A stretch of DNA of 64,000 nucleotides. Source: Verrucomicrobiota bacterium. Its GTDB lineage: Bacteria; Verrucomicrobiota; Verrucomicrobiia; Limisphaerales; AAA164-E04. The DNA is taken from contig CP170459.1 of assembly GCA_047947115.1 (NCBI GenBank), positions 992,001 to 1,056,000 of the forward strand, in the 5' to 3' direction. The translations under genes were made by a program, and so were the position numbers. The notes under the pieces are model-generated. The model saw nothing but the letters and a program-made list of their open reading frames with translations, was not told the DNA's origin and made no database searches. Positions within the stretch are counted from its first letter, which is position 1; the number at the start of each line of letters is the position of its first letter. Shown in pieces: positions 1-10,404 of this stretch.

Positions 1-2855
1 GGTGATTTCATCCGACAGGTTCAAAGACTCAGGCAGATTGAAGTGATAACGCAAATCATTATCATCTCCGGCAAAGGCACGTTCGGCAGCCTCTTCGTTT
101 CGTGGGACAATGCCGACAGGATCGTAGAAGTTATTGCCGTTGGTCCCTTTGTTGTAGACACCCGCAAAGTAGTAATCGTCATCAGCCTGCTGATTGACTT
201 CCGGACTTGAAGGATTACCCGGCAAATCGTTGATGCCGGCTTCCTGAACAAATGTCGCATTGGCACCCCCGCCGTCTCCCGCAGGCCAGCCATCGTCATT
301 CGATCCGATCGCCAATGGGAAGACCGGCGCCGGGATTGGATCGATGTTCACAAAATCGATGCCCATCCATCCGCCACCACCTTCGCCGCTGTAGTTGTAT
401 CCCTGGAGAGTGACGATGTTGTCATACCCAGGCCCCACTTCAGCATGCACGCTTTCCAGAGTGAAGGGCTCGGTGGTGTAGTTTCTGTCCAAATCCTCCG
501 GGTAGATGATGAGTTCATCCTGAATCAGTTCATTGTTGAAGTAGATCTCAATGCCATAATGAGGATCAGCAGCACTGCCATCCAGACTATAGGCATCAAA
601 CGTCACCATCAACTGATCGGTCGGGCTTAATGTGTCAGGCAGATTGAAATGGTAACGCAAGGTGTTATCGCTGCCCGCAAAAGCGCGTTCGGCTGCCTCT
701 TCGTTCACAAAGACCGATCCAACCGGATCGTAGATATCGTTGTTTTCGATAATTTTGGTATATTCACCGGCAAAGTAGTAATCGTCATCAGCCAGTTGAT
801 TGGCTTCGGGACTGAAGGGGTTACCAGGCAGTTCATTGGTGCCCGCTTCCTGGACGAAACTTGCTCTGGCGCCTCCACCGTTGCCTTCAGGCGCACTGTT
901 GTCATCCATACCGACTGACAAAGGAAATTCAGCCGGTTTGACTTGGGCCAGTTGGACGTAATCGATTCCCATCCAGTTTCCACCACCATCTTCGTTGTAA
1001 TTCACACCACGCAAACTGATGATGTTGTCGAATCCGTGTCCCATCTTTCCTTTGACGTCAGCCACGGTGAACGGAGCTGTTGCATAGGTTTGATTCAATT
1101 CATCCGGCCCGATCAGAATCTCGGACTGCACTTGCACGTTATTGAAGAATACCTCGACACCATAACGCGGATCCGGCGCATCACCCTGAAGGCTGAGTGC
1201 GTCGAATAAAATAGTGAGTTGATCGCTATCCTTAAGGTCAGCAGGCAAGTTGAAGTGGTAACGTAAATCATTGTCGGCACCTGCAAAGGCGCGTTCGGCT
1301 GCTTCTTCATTTTCGCGGACATCACCGACTGGTTCGTAATCGCCGTTTCCTTCAATCACGGTATTGTAAACACCGGCAAAGTAGTAATCGTTGTCCGCCT
1401 CGCGATCGATTTCGGGACTGTTGGGACTTCCGGGGAGTTCGTTGATCGAGCCGTTTTCCTGAACAAATGAGGCATTGGAACCACCACCGTTGCCGGCTGG
1501 TTGGGCATTATCATTCTTCCCAACACTCCAGGGCAACGCAGGATCGGGAATTGGATCCAACACTGGGTTGAGCTGGACGTAATCGATGCCCATCCAGCCA
1601 CCACCACCTTCTTCATTATAATTGATCCCCTTCAGAGTGATAATATTGTCGAAACCTGGTCCCACCGCAGCATTCACACTACCCAAGGTAAAAGGAGGTG
1701 TGGTGATAGGCGTGTTAAGTTGCGCTTCTCGGATGACAATTTCTTCCTGAACCAGAACACCATTCATGTAAACTTCCACCCCGTAGCGCGGATCTGCGCC
1801 GTTGCCATCAAGGTTATAGGCATCAAATGTGACCGCTAAACGGTCAGTGGGCAGTAAGTTGTTAGGGAGGTTAAAGTGGTAGCGCAAATCATTGTCCGAA
1901 CCGGCAAATGCGCGTTCGGCTGCTTCTTCATTGACGGAAACAATGCCAACCGGTGAGTAATCCCCATTGCCTGCAATGATTTCGTTGTAAGCGCCCGCAA
2001 AGTAGTAATCGTCATCTGCTGTTGGGCGACTTCAGGGCTGTTGGGATCACCGGGAAGCTCGTTGACACCGGCTTCCTGCACAAAAGTGGCATTGGCGCCA
2101 CCGCCGTCACCTTCAGGCCAGTCGTCGTCATCCATACCCACTGCCCACGGGAAAACGGCAGGAGGAATCGCTTCGGTTTCGACATTCAGTTGGATGTAGT
2201 CAACACCCATCCAGTTACCGCCACCGTCGGAATTGTAGCTCGTGCCGCGAAGACTGACGATGTTGTCATATCCCGGACCAACCTCCGCATTGACACTCTC
2301 CAAGGTGAACTGAGGAGTCGTGTAATCGACATCCAGCTGGTCAGTGCGAATGAGAATCTCATCCTGCACTTTGATGCCATTGAAATAAACTTCCACACCA
2401 AACCGCGGATCAGGTGCGTCTCCCTGCAGGTTCAATGCATCAAAGGTCACGGACAACAAACTGTCGGGATCCAGATCCGAAGGAAGATTAAAGTGATAAC
2501 GAAGCTCGAGATCTGCACCTGCAAAGGCTCGCTCGGCAGCTTCTTCATCCCAGTCGACAAAACCAACGGGAATATAGTCTCCGTTCCCTGGAATGATTTC
2601 ATCGTATTCACCCTCGAAGTAATAATCGTTATCGGCCCCCTGAGGTTCGGAAAAACTGATGGGATCACCGGGCAGGGCATTCACGGCGCCGTTTTCCTGA
2701 ACAAAACTGGCTTCATCCGCTCCGTTAATCCCCGCTGGCCAGCCGTTGTCATCCAAACCAACGGTCCACAAAACTTCTGCCTGCGAATTCGCAACCTGAC
2801 CAAAAGCCAAGGCGGCAAGCAATAAAGATAGCTTAATCTTCCTTTGGGAGTGCAT
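1..2855 (-). pseudogene. Secreted protein of at least 5 tandem ~202-aa acidic CBM-like (PL4 domain III-like) repeats; 1-nt frameshift near 2019; runs off the window start
   Basis: Signal peptide MHSQRKIKLSLLLAALAFGQVANSQA at ATG 2855. The DYYF motif recurs at 2616, 1999, 1378, 772 and 166 (spacings 617, 621, 606, 606); only 617 is not a multiple of 3. The shifted frame reads ADDDYYFAG...AERAFAG...LRYHFNLP, the downstream repeats stay in that frame, and it is still open at base 1. May be a sequencing error. Confidence 0.8.
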
Positions 2856-2955
2856 CGTAAAATTTGATCCGCTCGTCAATGATCTGTCAATGCCAAAACC
2901 CAACCCATTAGGTAAAATCCAGCTATAAACTCGACATGCCTTTTGTTGCGATGCT

Positions 2956-5900
2956 ATGAGGATTCCCGTGAGTTCATCCTGCCAATCCCAAGCTCCGGCC
3001 AGCGGAGAACGAAATCCGTTGTTCCCCTACCTTGTCCTGTCAACCTGGGGCTGCGGCCTGGTTTTGTTGGGAATTGAAATAGTTTGGTTGAGATTCCTGC
3101 TGCTCGTTCTGATTTCAACCACGCTTTCAGTGAGCAACGGCCGATCCTGGGCTTTGCGTTTCGTCACCCTGCTGGCGCTGGCCCTTCCTATCGCCAAACA
3201 CATCATACAATCTCCTCCTGAGGAAAGCACGAAATCTCCGGCCAATCCCGCTCTCACCCGAGAAGAACCTTCACCGGAAGTGATTGCGACGGACACACAA
3301 GTCGTCCGCCAACTGGTTGATTCCGAGGAAACAATCCTTCTCCTGAACCAGAAGCTCACCCCTCTCTCCAATCATGTGCCGGAGCTGCGTCTCCCAGGAC
3401 CCGATGCAAAGGCCTCTTCCCTTTTTGCCCCCACCCTTCATCTAACCGATGTCATTGATCTGCAAAAAGCACCACCTCAACAACAAGGTCAATCCATTGA
3501 ATCATTCCCGTGGCCATTGGGTTCTGCGTCTGTCCAGAATCAGGAGAAGTCCATTTGGCAGCCATTGTTCGACCGGGTGTCCTTTTTTGAACACGCCGAT
3601 CTGGTTATTCTTGAAGGAAACCATCCGGACGGTGACCGCTGGCGTTTTGAATCCAAAGCAAGCTTCACCGCCCTTGCCCGCATGAAGTCCGAGGACTGGC
3701 GATCCTTCGATGGAAAAATCGATCTGATATGGGAACGACCCAAAACTTCCGAAGGCGGGGCCGGTGAATGGCAGATCACCCAGTGGCATACAAAGGAAAT
3801 GCATTGGCGATCAGCTTCAAAACCATTCTTTACCGAATCCCTTGCTTCGGCACTTGGCGATCCGCAGACAAGCTCGAAATTGAGACGATCCCAACACTTC
3901 GCCGCCACGGTTAAACATTACACCGATGGCATGCAGAATCTCCCACACCCATACTTCGCCCCCATCTCGGTGAACCAAAAAGAAGGACTCGCTATCGTGG
4001 ACATTAATAAGGATGGTTGGGACGATATCTATATAACGGTTCGCATTGGGAAAAACATGCTGTTGGTAAACCAAGGTGACGGCACGTTCGCAGAACAATC
4101 AGAGGCTTATCAACTCGATTTGCCGGGTCATACCACCTGTGCCTTGTTTGCCGATTTCGACAACGACGGAGATCAGGATGTGATGCTAGGGCGCAGTCTG
4201 CTTAAGAGCAGTTACCTTGAAAACCGAGACGGGGTTTTCCACCAGGTGCCGATTCCAACATTCATGCCCATGGCGGTCATCTCGATGTCGGCCGCAGATT
4301 ATAACAGTGATGGATTGCTGGACGTCTATCTGTGCACCTACCGACCTGCGGCCCCATCTTCCGCAAGCCCGGCAGGAGGAGTGGCGCAAGGCGAGGATGA
4401 CAATTTTGACTGGCCGGATGAGTTTTTCGATCCCGAACTGGCAAGAGAATACCGCCAGCGCGTGTCGGAACATCAGCAACGCAAAGGGGGCACGGTGTTG
4501 GATCAATTGGGTCCCCCCAACGTGCTGCTCATCAACCAGGGCAACGGGCAATTCGAACCCGCTCCCGAAAACGAAACCATCGGTGTCTGGCGCAATTCAC
4601 TCCAAGCCACCTGGGGTGATTACAATCTAGACGGACGCCCCGACCTCTACATCGCCAACGATTGGGGTTTGGACTCTCTCTTTCGAAACGATGGACCTGA
4701 CGGATTCACGGATGTCTCCCAACAAGTCGGCATCACCTCCTATGGCTACGCGATGGGTGCAACCTGGGGCGACTACGACAATGATGGTTGGGAAGATCTT
4801 TACGTCTCGAACATGTACAGCGAGGCGGGACGACGCATGACCCGAAGCATCCCGGGACTGGACCCCATGTTTGTGGAATCAGCCGCCGGCAACTGGCTGT
4901 ACCACCGCACCGGCGCGGAAGCTTTCCAACAAGTAGCAGGCATGAATGCCCCCGCCATGACCGTGCTGAAAGCCGGATGGTCCTGGGGGGGATGCTTCGT
5001 TGATTTCGATAACGACACGTTTCTGGACCTTTACGTATTGAGTGGTTATTTCACCGCGCCAAAACAACTGGATTCGGGCATCGAAATGGAGAGTAATCTC
5101 TGGCGAACCATGGTTCGGACCGATCCAACACTGGCACGATCCAGTTTCAGACTGTCACCAGAGTGGAAACGCACTTCCGCACCGGACAACCAGGGGCCCA
5201 TGATCGATGCGCGTCTGGCAGGTGTTGAGCGAGAAGGCAACCGAGTAGAAGTCCACTCCCTGAATGGCAGTGAACGCAACCACTATTTCGCGAACCGCAA
5301 CGGTCAATCGTTCAGTGATGTTTCGGCGTTATCTGGACTGGACAACATAGCGGACAGTCGAGGATTCGCGGTTCTGGATTTTGATCGGGACGGATGGCAG
5401 GACCTCGCCCTGGTAAACGCCAATGAACCCATGTTCAACCTTTACCATAACGACATGGCAGCTTCGGGATATCAAGGAGGTGTCATAGCGATCAAGTTTG
5501 TCGGTGGAAACAAAACTGGCGAACCAAACACAACCTTTACCTGCCGGGACGGTTATGGCGCCCGGGTGACCGTCGATCTGGCGGGCAGCAAACTCATTCG
5601 TGAGCATCGTTGCGGTGATGGTTGGTCCACTCAGAATACCTCCACCATGCTGATAGGGGTCGGAAATCATGAGATCATTCCAATGTTGACCGTGAAATGG
5701 CCATCCGGAAAAACGGCCGTCACAAAGGATATTCCGGAGGGAACTTTGCTGACGGTCTACGAAAACCCGGCTGAGGCTTCCCAAAAAGATTCATTTGAAC
5801 ATTCAACCTATCGAATCGCCATCCCTCGTCAAGTAACGCCACCGAAACAACGTTCGCTGTTCCCGGTTGCCACCGCCGATTCCCAGGCCAGACCAGGATT

Positions 5901-6267
5901 CAAGCTCAGGGTATATACCACGTTCTCGACGGCAAACATCCCCTACGTGAACGATCTGGCGCGGCTCCAACATTTGCAGGATACTCTCCTTCCCGATGGC
6001 GTGGAGTTCGTCGCGGTGACCGTGGACCCACGCGACACCGAAGAAATGCTGGGGAATTACGCCTCAACCCATCAACCTGCCACCCGCCTCGTCATCGTTC
6101 CGCCGGATCAACGGTCAACGGTGTTGGGATTGTTTGCCAAGGTGTTTGGCGGGCGTCCACCCATGCCCTCCTCGGTGGTAACCGACGGAGAAGGCCGCAT
6201 CCTTGGCATCCAGACCGGCCTGCCGGGGATCTCGACTTTGCGAAAGTTGTTGGTCGAAGCGAATTGA
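2956..6267 (+). CDS. CRTAC1-like FG-GAP/ASPIC-UnbV protein with N-terminal TM segments and a C-terminal thioredoxin-like domain lacking CxxC
   Basis: Repeated D-x-[DN]-x-D-G-x-x-D motifs; WSWG, SLNGSERN and DSRG motifs; ASPIC-type DGYGARVTV...GVG...VKWPSG. Confidence 0.85.
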   Translation: MRIPVSSSCQSQAPASGERNPLFPYLVLSTWGCGLVLLGIEIVWLRFLLLVLISTTLSVSNGRSWALRFVTLLALALPIAKHIIQSPPEESTKSPANPALTREEPSPEVIATDTQVVRQLVDSEETILLLNQKLTPLSNHVPELRLPGPDAKASSLFAPTLHLTDVIDLQKAPPQQQGQSIESFPWPLGSASVQNQEKSIWQPLFDRVSFFEHADLVILEGNHPDGDRWRFESKASFTALARMKSEDWRSFDGKIDLIWERPKTSEGGAGEWQITQWHTKEMHWRSASKPFFTESLASALGDPQTSSKLRRSQHFAATVKHYTDGMQNLPHPYFAPISVNQKEGLAIVDINKDGWDDIYITVRIGKNMLLVNQGDGTFAEQSEAYQLDLPGHTTCALFADFDNDGDQDVMLGRSLLKSSYLENRDGVFHQVPIPTFMPMAVISMSAADYNSDGLLDVYLCTYRPAAPSSASPAGGVAQGEDDNFDWPDEFFDPELAREYRQRVSEHQQRKGGTVLDQLGPPNVLLINQGNGQFEPAPENETIGVWRNSLQATWGDYNLDGRPDLYIANDWGLDSLFRNDGPDGFTDVSQQVGITSYGYAMGATWGDYDNDGWEDLYVSNMYSEAGRRMTRSIPGLDPMFVESAAGNWLYHRTGAEAFQQVAGMNAPAMTVLKAGWSWGGCFVDFDNDTFLDLYVLSGYFTAPKQLDSGIEMESNLWRTMVRTDPTLARSSFRLSPEWKRTSAPDNQGPMIDARLAGVEREGNRVEVHSLNGSERNHYFANRNGQSFSDVSALSGLDNIADSRGFAVLDFDRDGWQDLALVNANEPMFNLYHNDMAASGYQGGVIAIKFVGGNKTGEPNTTFTCRDGYGARVTVDLAGSKLIREHRCGDGWSTQNTSTMLIGVGNHEIIPMLTVKWPSGKTAVTKDIPEGTLLTVYENPAEASQKDSFEHSTYRIAIPRQVTPPKQRSLFPVATADSQARPGFKLRVYTTFSTANIPYVNDLARLQHLQDTLLPDGVEFVAVTVDPRDTEEMLGNYASTHQPATRLVIVPPDQRSTVLGLFAKVFGGRPPMPSSVVTDGEGRILGIQTGLPGISTLRKLLVEAN

Positions 6268-6292
6268 GGTTCCATCACCTGATGATCCCCAG

Positions 6293-6497
6293 AAGGTAAT
6301 CGTGCCGTCCCGGCGCGCACCTTGTGGTTTTCAAATGCAGAAAAAAGTTCGTTTGGGAAGCCAGTAAACATTCAATCCCCTGTCTTCCATGCGCGTCCGA
6401 CATCGCAGGATATCGGATGGTTTCGGGCTTCCCAAATGCAAGATTTGGTTGAAGATGGATACCACAAGGCACGCGCTGGGACGGCACGATCTACCTT
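6293..6497. repeat. REPIN-like element with ~37-bp inverted GTAG-type REP arms, between convergent genes
   Basis: 6293-6328 AAGGTAATCGTGCCGTCCCGGCGCGCACCTTGTGGT versus reverse complement of 6461-6497 AAGGTAGATCGTGCCGTCCCAGCGCGTGCCTTGTGGT. Confidence 0.85.
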
Positions 6498-6501
6498 GAG
6501 G

Positions 6502-9500
6502 CTATGGTTGAGTGATGCGCAATTGCATGAACAAACGCGGCTGATCCCGAAGCGGTGATTTGACGTTCCAAATCTGTAGAGCTCTTCCGTCTTCCAGTGC
6601 TTGGGTGGATTCGCGTTCCAGTTGGACACCCCGGCTCTCCCAGAGTTGCAGGTCCGTCGAAAAGATGGGTTCCACCCTCAATCCCACGTTTGCCGGATCG
6701 AACGGAATGATCAGCAACAAACGATGCTCCGCACCGTTCGTCCCAGGTTCCCAGCGAAAGGTTGGTCGCAATTCAGATCGAGCCGAACCGTTCCCCAAAG
6801 CAAAATCGACCAGATCGTGCTCACCATTACCATCGACATCCGCAAGAGGATCTCCACGAAAGCCCATGTCACCGGACGTTCCCGGATGCCCACCGATGGA
6901 AGAACTCAAACGCCAGTTAGCGGCATCCGAAAGATCAGGATGCGAAGAGGGATCCATCAACACGAGACTGTATCCTTGCCCGTCTGCCTGCGCCGGCCAG
7001 GGGTCTTTATCATTGTAAACAAAATTCAAAATGGTTCCGTTCTGCGCATCTTCCAACTTGATCCGATCCCCACCGTTCCCAAGCGCGGTTCCGTTTTCAA
7101 AGACACCGGCAACCGGAAGTTGACTTCCATAGACAGTTTGAAAAGCCGATGCATCCCTGACAACCAGCACACTTTCACCGGGAGCCAATGCGGTCACCGC
7201 ACTCGTGGTGAAATCGAATTCAATTCCCTGGGTAAATCGAATACCCGTCAAATCGATGCTGATTGAAGGACTCGTGTTTAATAATTCAACAAATTCGGCC
7301 AAGCCTTCCTCTGCGGGATGATACATGATTTCACTGACCACCAGGAAACTCTGCGCATCAGAAGCCTCACTTTCGTAACTTGTCTTGTTGTTGAAAGTGC
7401 CTTTGGCATCCACCAGGGTGACAGTTTCCCCAAAGTTGGACAAATGTCCCCGATACCCGCCTTGAACGAACAAACCTTCTCCACCCTTGGGAGAGGCGCT
7501 TCGAGCCCGAAACGTTGCCGAGTCCGGACAAAGATACAAAGCTCGGCCAGGGGCAATCACCGTCCCAGGCGCAAAAGTATGTTGAACGGCTCCCTGCAAT
7601 TCCCAATCCGAAATATCAACCGCGATGTTATTTCGATTGATCAGTTGGATATATTCCTCGTCCTGATTGCCCGACGATGGATTGGGTTCAATGGCGCCAA
7701 ATTGAATCGTCGGTTCGGCAAACGTTGGAACGCGCGTGACAGATGCATGAAGTTCTGGAAGCATAAGAAAATCCCGATCGTTCGATGCCTCGTTCATCCC
7801 ATGAATTGCCAGAATATTGAGTCCTTCCCTGAGTAAAGATTTTTTATCGGTCACATCAAACACACTAAAACGCCGTGGATGGGCTGAATGGGACAATCGA
7901 GAAACCGAGTTCCAACTGACAGACTCCTCGACGTTGGATGACACGAGCAGTTCACCATTGAGATAGGCAACAAATCCGTCATCGTATTTGATCCTCAACT
8001 CAAGTTGATTGATCCTTCCCAATGCATCCACCTCAAAAGGAATGCGGATGTACACGCTGGTGTGATTTCGCATTTCATTCTGGATGTCCAATTTGATCAG
8101 TGAATCGTAGGCGGTTCCGGTATCATAACCGATCCCGGTCGAACCACTCTTCCATCGACTTGTGTCAAAAGGTTCTAAAGCGGGATCACCCGTCCAACTG
8201 ACACCCAAAGCATCGCTGGATGGAACAAGAACGCTGGCCCTGGCTCCGTCTTCGACCAACGGAACAAATTGGGTGGTGGAATCGTCACCCGTTTGTGGCG
8301 CGGGAATCTCGCCGCCATTCCCGACCGTTTGGCGATTGTAGATGTAATCGCGTCGCGCAGGCAGGTATTCATTTCTGAATCGTTCGATGGCTTCCTCCAT
8401 GGATTCAACGTCGGAATGCGTATGTGTGAAAGGAACATTGGCACCTCGTTGAAGCCAGGACCCCCATTTCTCAAAATCCAACCTGGCATCGGATGGCACA
8501 ATGGAGGGCGGATCGATCAGGGCCATCTGCTCGTTGAGACGTCGCTCGTAATATAGCTCAATGTCAGGTGTTCCCGGCGCGGGAGGTGCGTGAAGAAACC
8601 GATCCGACAGCGCCCGGATGCGACGCATGATCATGGAACGCATGTCCGCATTGGCAAACATGTGAGAGACCAATCGAACAGCCGTCCCGGTCCTTACAAA
8701 ACCATCCGTGTATAGCTGGTTATCAAAGTAAGTGTTGGCGCTATTCCACACCCTTCCATGCGACAAATCAAGGTCCCAGGGAAGGATCGCCCATTCATCG
8801 CAACGTCCGGTGTCGCGGTAGATGTACCAGTTTTTGCGATGCATATCGATGTTTCGAATCACCGAATTGGCGGCGAGAAAATTCACACAGGCAGGAATGT
8901 CGATGTTGTCGTAAAGGTAATCAGACAAGGCAGCCCCCCTCAACGCCATTCCATCAATCAAATCCTGCAGGTCGTCGTTGTTTTCAAATTTTCGGGTTTT
9001 CTTTTCCACTCCCTTGCGTGCGTTATCCCCGCCGCTTCGGTTGAGCGTGTTGTCATACATTTTGTAGAGCGCCCCTTCAGGGTTCAAACCCGCCCGCTCC
9101 AAATAGATCTCATCCGCATCTTCGACAAAATCCGCCGTGCTGAAAAACTCGCCATTCTGTTGAACGCGCAGGGTGAAGGCAAAATGAGCTGCAACACCGG
9201 ACTCACGCATGATTTCATACCCCAACACATGCCGCACTTTGGACTTATCAGCCCAATTGGTCAGCAGATCAATGTCCGCCACACGTGGAGCATCCCGACT
9301 CCATCGAAAACGCTGGGTGCTGTTGAAATCAATATTGTAACTCTTTTTGGGAAACCCCGCCGATGACTGTCCATGCAGGTTGAAATGAACATTGTCGTAA
9401 AACTCCCCTTCGTAATAAACCGATCCACGCGAACCGGTGGAAGTACCCGCTCCTGACGGACTGCGGGTGAACCAATGAAGAATGGGCAACAGAGTTTTAA

Positions 9501-10398
9501 TCGCAGGATCCTTGGCCACCGTTCCATAGTACTGATGCGAATCGCGCCGATCCCGATACGCCGGTTCCATGGTCAGATTTCCAGCTGTGTCCACGGCCTC
9601 AAAACGCCATCGGGTCATTTGTGCTGGTGCGAAGGCAACACTTGGAATCGTACCCGTCCAAACACCGTCACCCGCCACTTCGTCCCCATTCACACCGTCA
9701 TCGGTCATAGCTACGGATCGCTCTCTTTCATAGTTTTTGACGTAGTAAAGTGTAACTGAATCGATAGGTGCATTGATTTCATGGAGGGTGATTGAAACAG
9801 GCAACGCAGTCACTTCAGGCTGGGGCGGGTTCTTGTCATTCACCTTGATGGACGGACCTGCGTGCGATGCGCCAACATTCGCTTCACCGGGTGTGGGTGT
9901 TGAAAAATAACTCCAGGTAGGCTCTGCCGAATCCGGATCGATGCCGAAGGATTCATTTTCGAATTGAATCGGGTAGGTGGGGGCAAAAGCACCGATCACT
10001 TTCTCCTCAACAGGTCCCACCAATGCCAGATATTCGCCCCCGGAGGATAGTTGAAAGTTGGTGTGCAGCGGAAGATTCGCATCCAAACGATTTTTCCCTG
10101 AAGCAAAAACGACAAGGAAGGAAGTCGGCGGTAGATGAACGGCAGGAAAAGTCCATTTACTCAAATTCTCTGGATCGTCAGTAAGGTGAAAACCTTCCAA
10201 TGAAACCGGAGTCTCATCTGGATTATAGATCTCGATCCAGTCTGGATATTCACCATCTTCATCCGCCAACCGGGATCGATTGTCAGCCAAAAACTCGGTA
10301 ATCACCGGTTCTGCCAGACCGGACAGTGCAAAGGAGCCAGCCCATAAGAACATCGCAGACAACCCTCCGCGCATAGGTGATTTCCATCTTTTAAACAT
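6502..10398 (-). CDS. Secreted CotH kinase-family protein with lamin-tail domains
   Basis: Signal peptide; LTD starts (VITEFLADN...DWIEIYN; VVSEIMYHP...EFVELLN); CotH motifs HGQSS...PKKSY, KNWYIY, LPWDLDLSHG. Confidence 0.85.
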   Translation of the reverse strand: MFKRWKSPMRGGLSAMFLWAGSFALSGLAEPVITEFLADNRSRLADEDGEYPDWIEIYNPDETPVSLEGFHLTDDPENLSKWTFPAVHLPPTSFLVVFASGKNRLDANLPLHTNFQLSSGGEYLALVGPVEEKVIGAFAPTYPIQFENESFGIDPDSAEPTWSYFSTPTPGEANVGASHAGPSIKVNDKNPPQPEVTALPVSITLHEINAPIDSVTLYYVKNYERERSVAMTDDGVNGDEVAGDGVWTGTIPSVAFAPAQMTRWRFEAVDTAGNLTMEPAYRDRRDSHQYYGTVAKDPAIKTLLPILHWFTRSPSGAGTSTGSRGSVYYEGEFYDNVHFNLHGQSSAGFPKKSYNIDFNSTQRFRWSRDAPRVADIDLLTNWADKSKVRHVLGYEIMRESGVAAHFAFTLRVQQNGEFFSTADFVEDADEIYLERAGLNPEGALYKMYDNTLNRSGGDNARKGVEKKTRKFENNDDLQDLIDGMALRGAALSDYLYDNIDIPACVNFLAANSVIRNIDMHRKNWYIYRDTGRCDEWAILPWDLDLSHGRVWNSANTYFDNQLYTDGFVRTGTAVRLVSHMFANADMRSMIMRRIRALSDRFLHAPPAPGTPDIELYYERRLNEQMALIDPPSIVPSDARLDFEKWGSWLQRGANVPFTHTHSDVESMEEAIERFRNEYLPARRDYIYNRQTVGNGGEIPAPQTGDDSTTQFVPLVEDGARASVLVPSSDALGVSWTGDPALEPFDTSRWKSGSTGIGYDTGTAYDSLIKLDIQNEMRNHTSVYIRIPFEVDALGRINQLELRIKYDDGFVAYLNGELLVSSNVEESVSWNSVSRLSHSAHPRRFSVFDVTDKKSLLREGLNILAIHGMNEASNDRDFLMLPELHASVTRVPTFAEPTIQFGAIEPNPSSGNQDEEYIQLINRNNIAVDISDWELQGAVQHTFAPGTVIAPGRALYLCPDSATFRARSASPKGGEGLFVQGGYRGHLSNFGETVTLVDAKGTFNNKTSYESEASDAQSFLVVSEIMYHPAEEGLAEFVELLNTSPSISIDLTGIRFTQGIEFDFTTSAVTALAPGESVLVVRDASAFQTVYGSQLPVAGVFENGTALGNGGDRIKLEDAQNGTILNFVYNDKDPWPAQADGQGYSLVLMDPSSHPDLSDAANWRLSSSIGGHPGTSGDMGFRGDPLADVDGNGEHDLVDFALGNGSARSELRPTFRWEPGTNGAEHRLLLIIPFDPANVGLRVEPIFSTDLQLWESRGVQLERESTQALEDGRALQIWNVKSPLRDQPRLFMQLRITQP

Positions 10399-10404
10399 GC
10401 GTCA

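Noticed and set aside
21..1616. Short minus-strand ORFs with recurring TITTL motifs as a small-protein family
   Set aside because: They are off-frame readings of the tandem DDYYF repeat gene.
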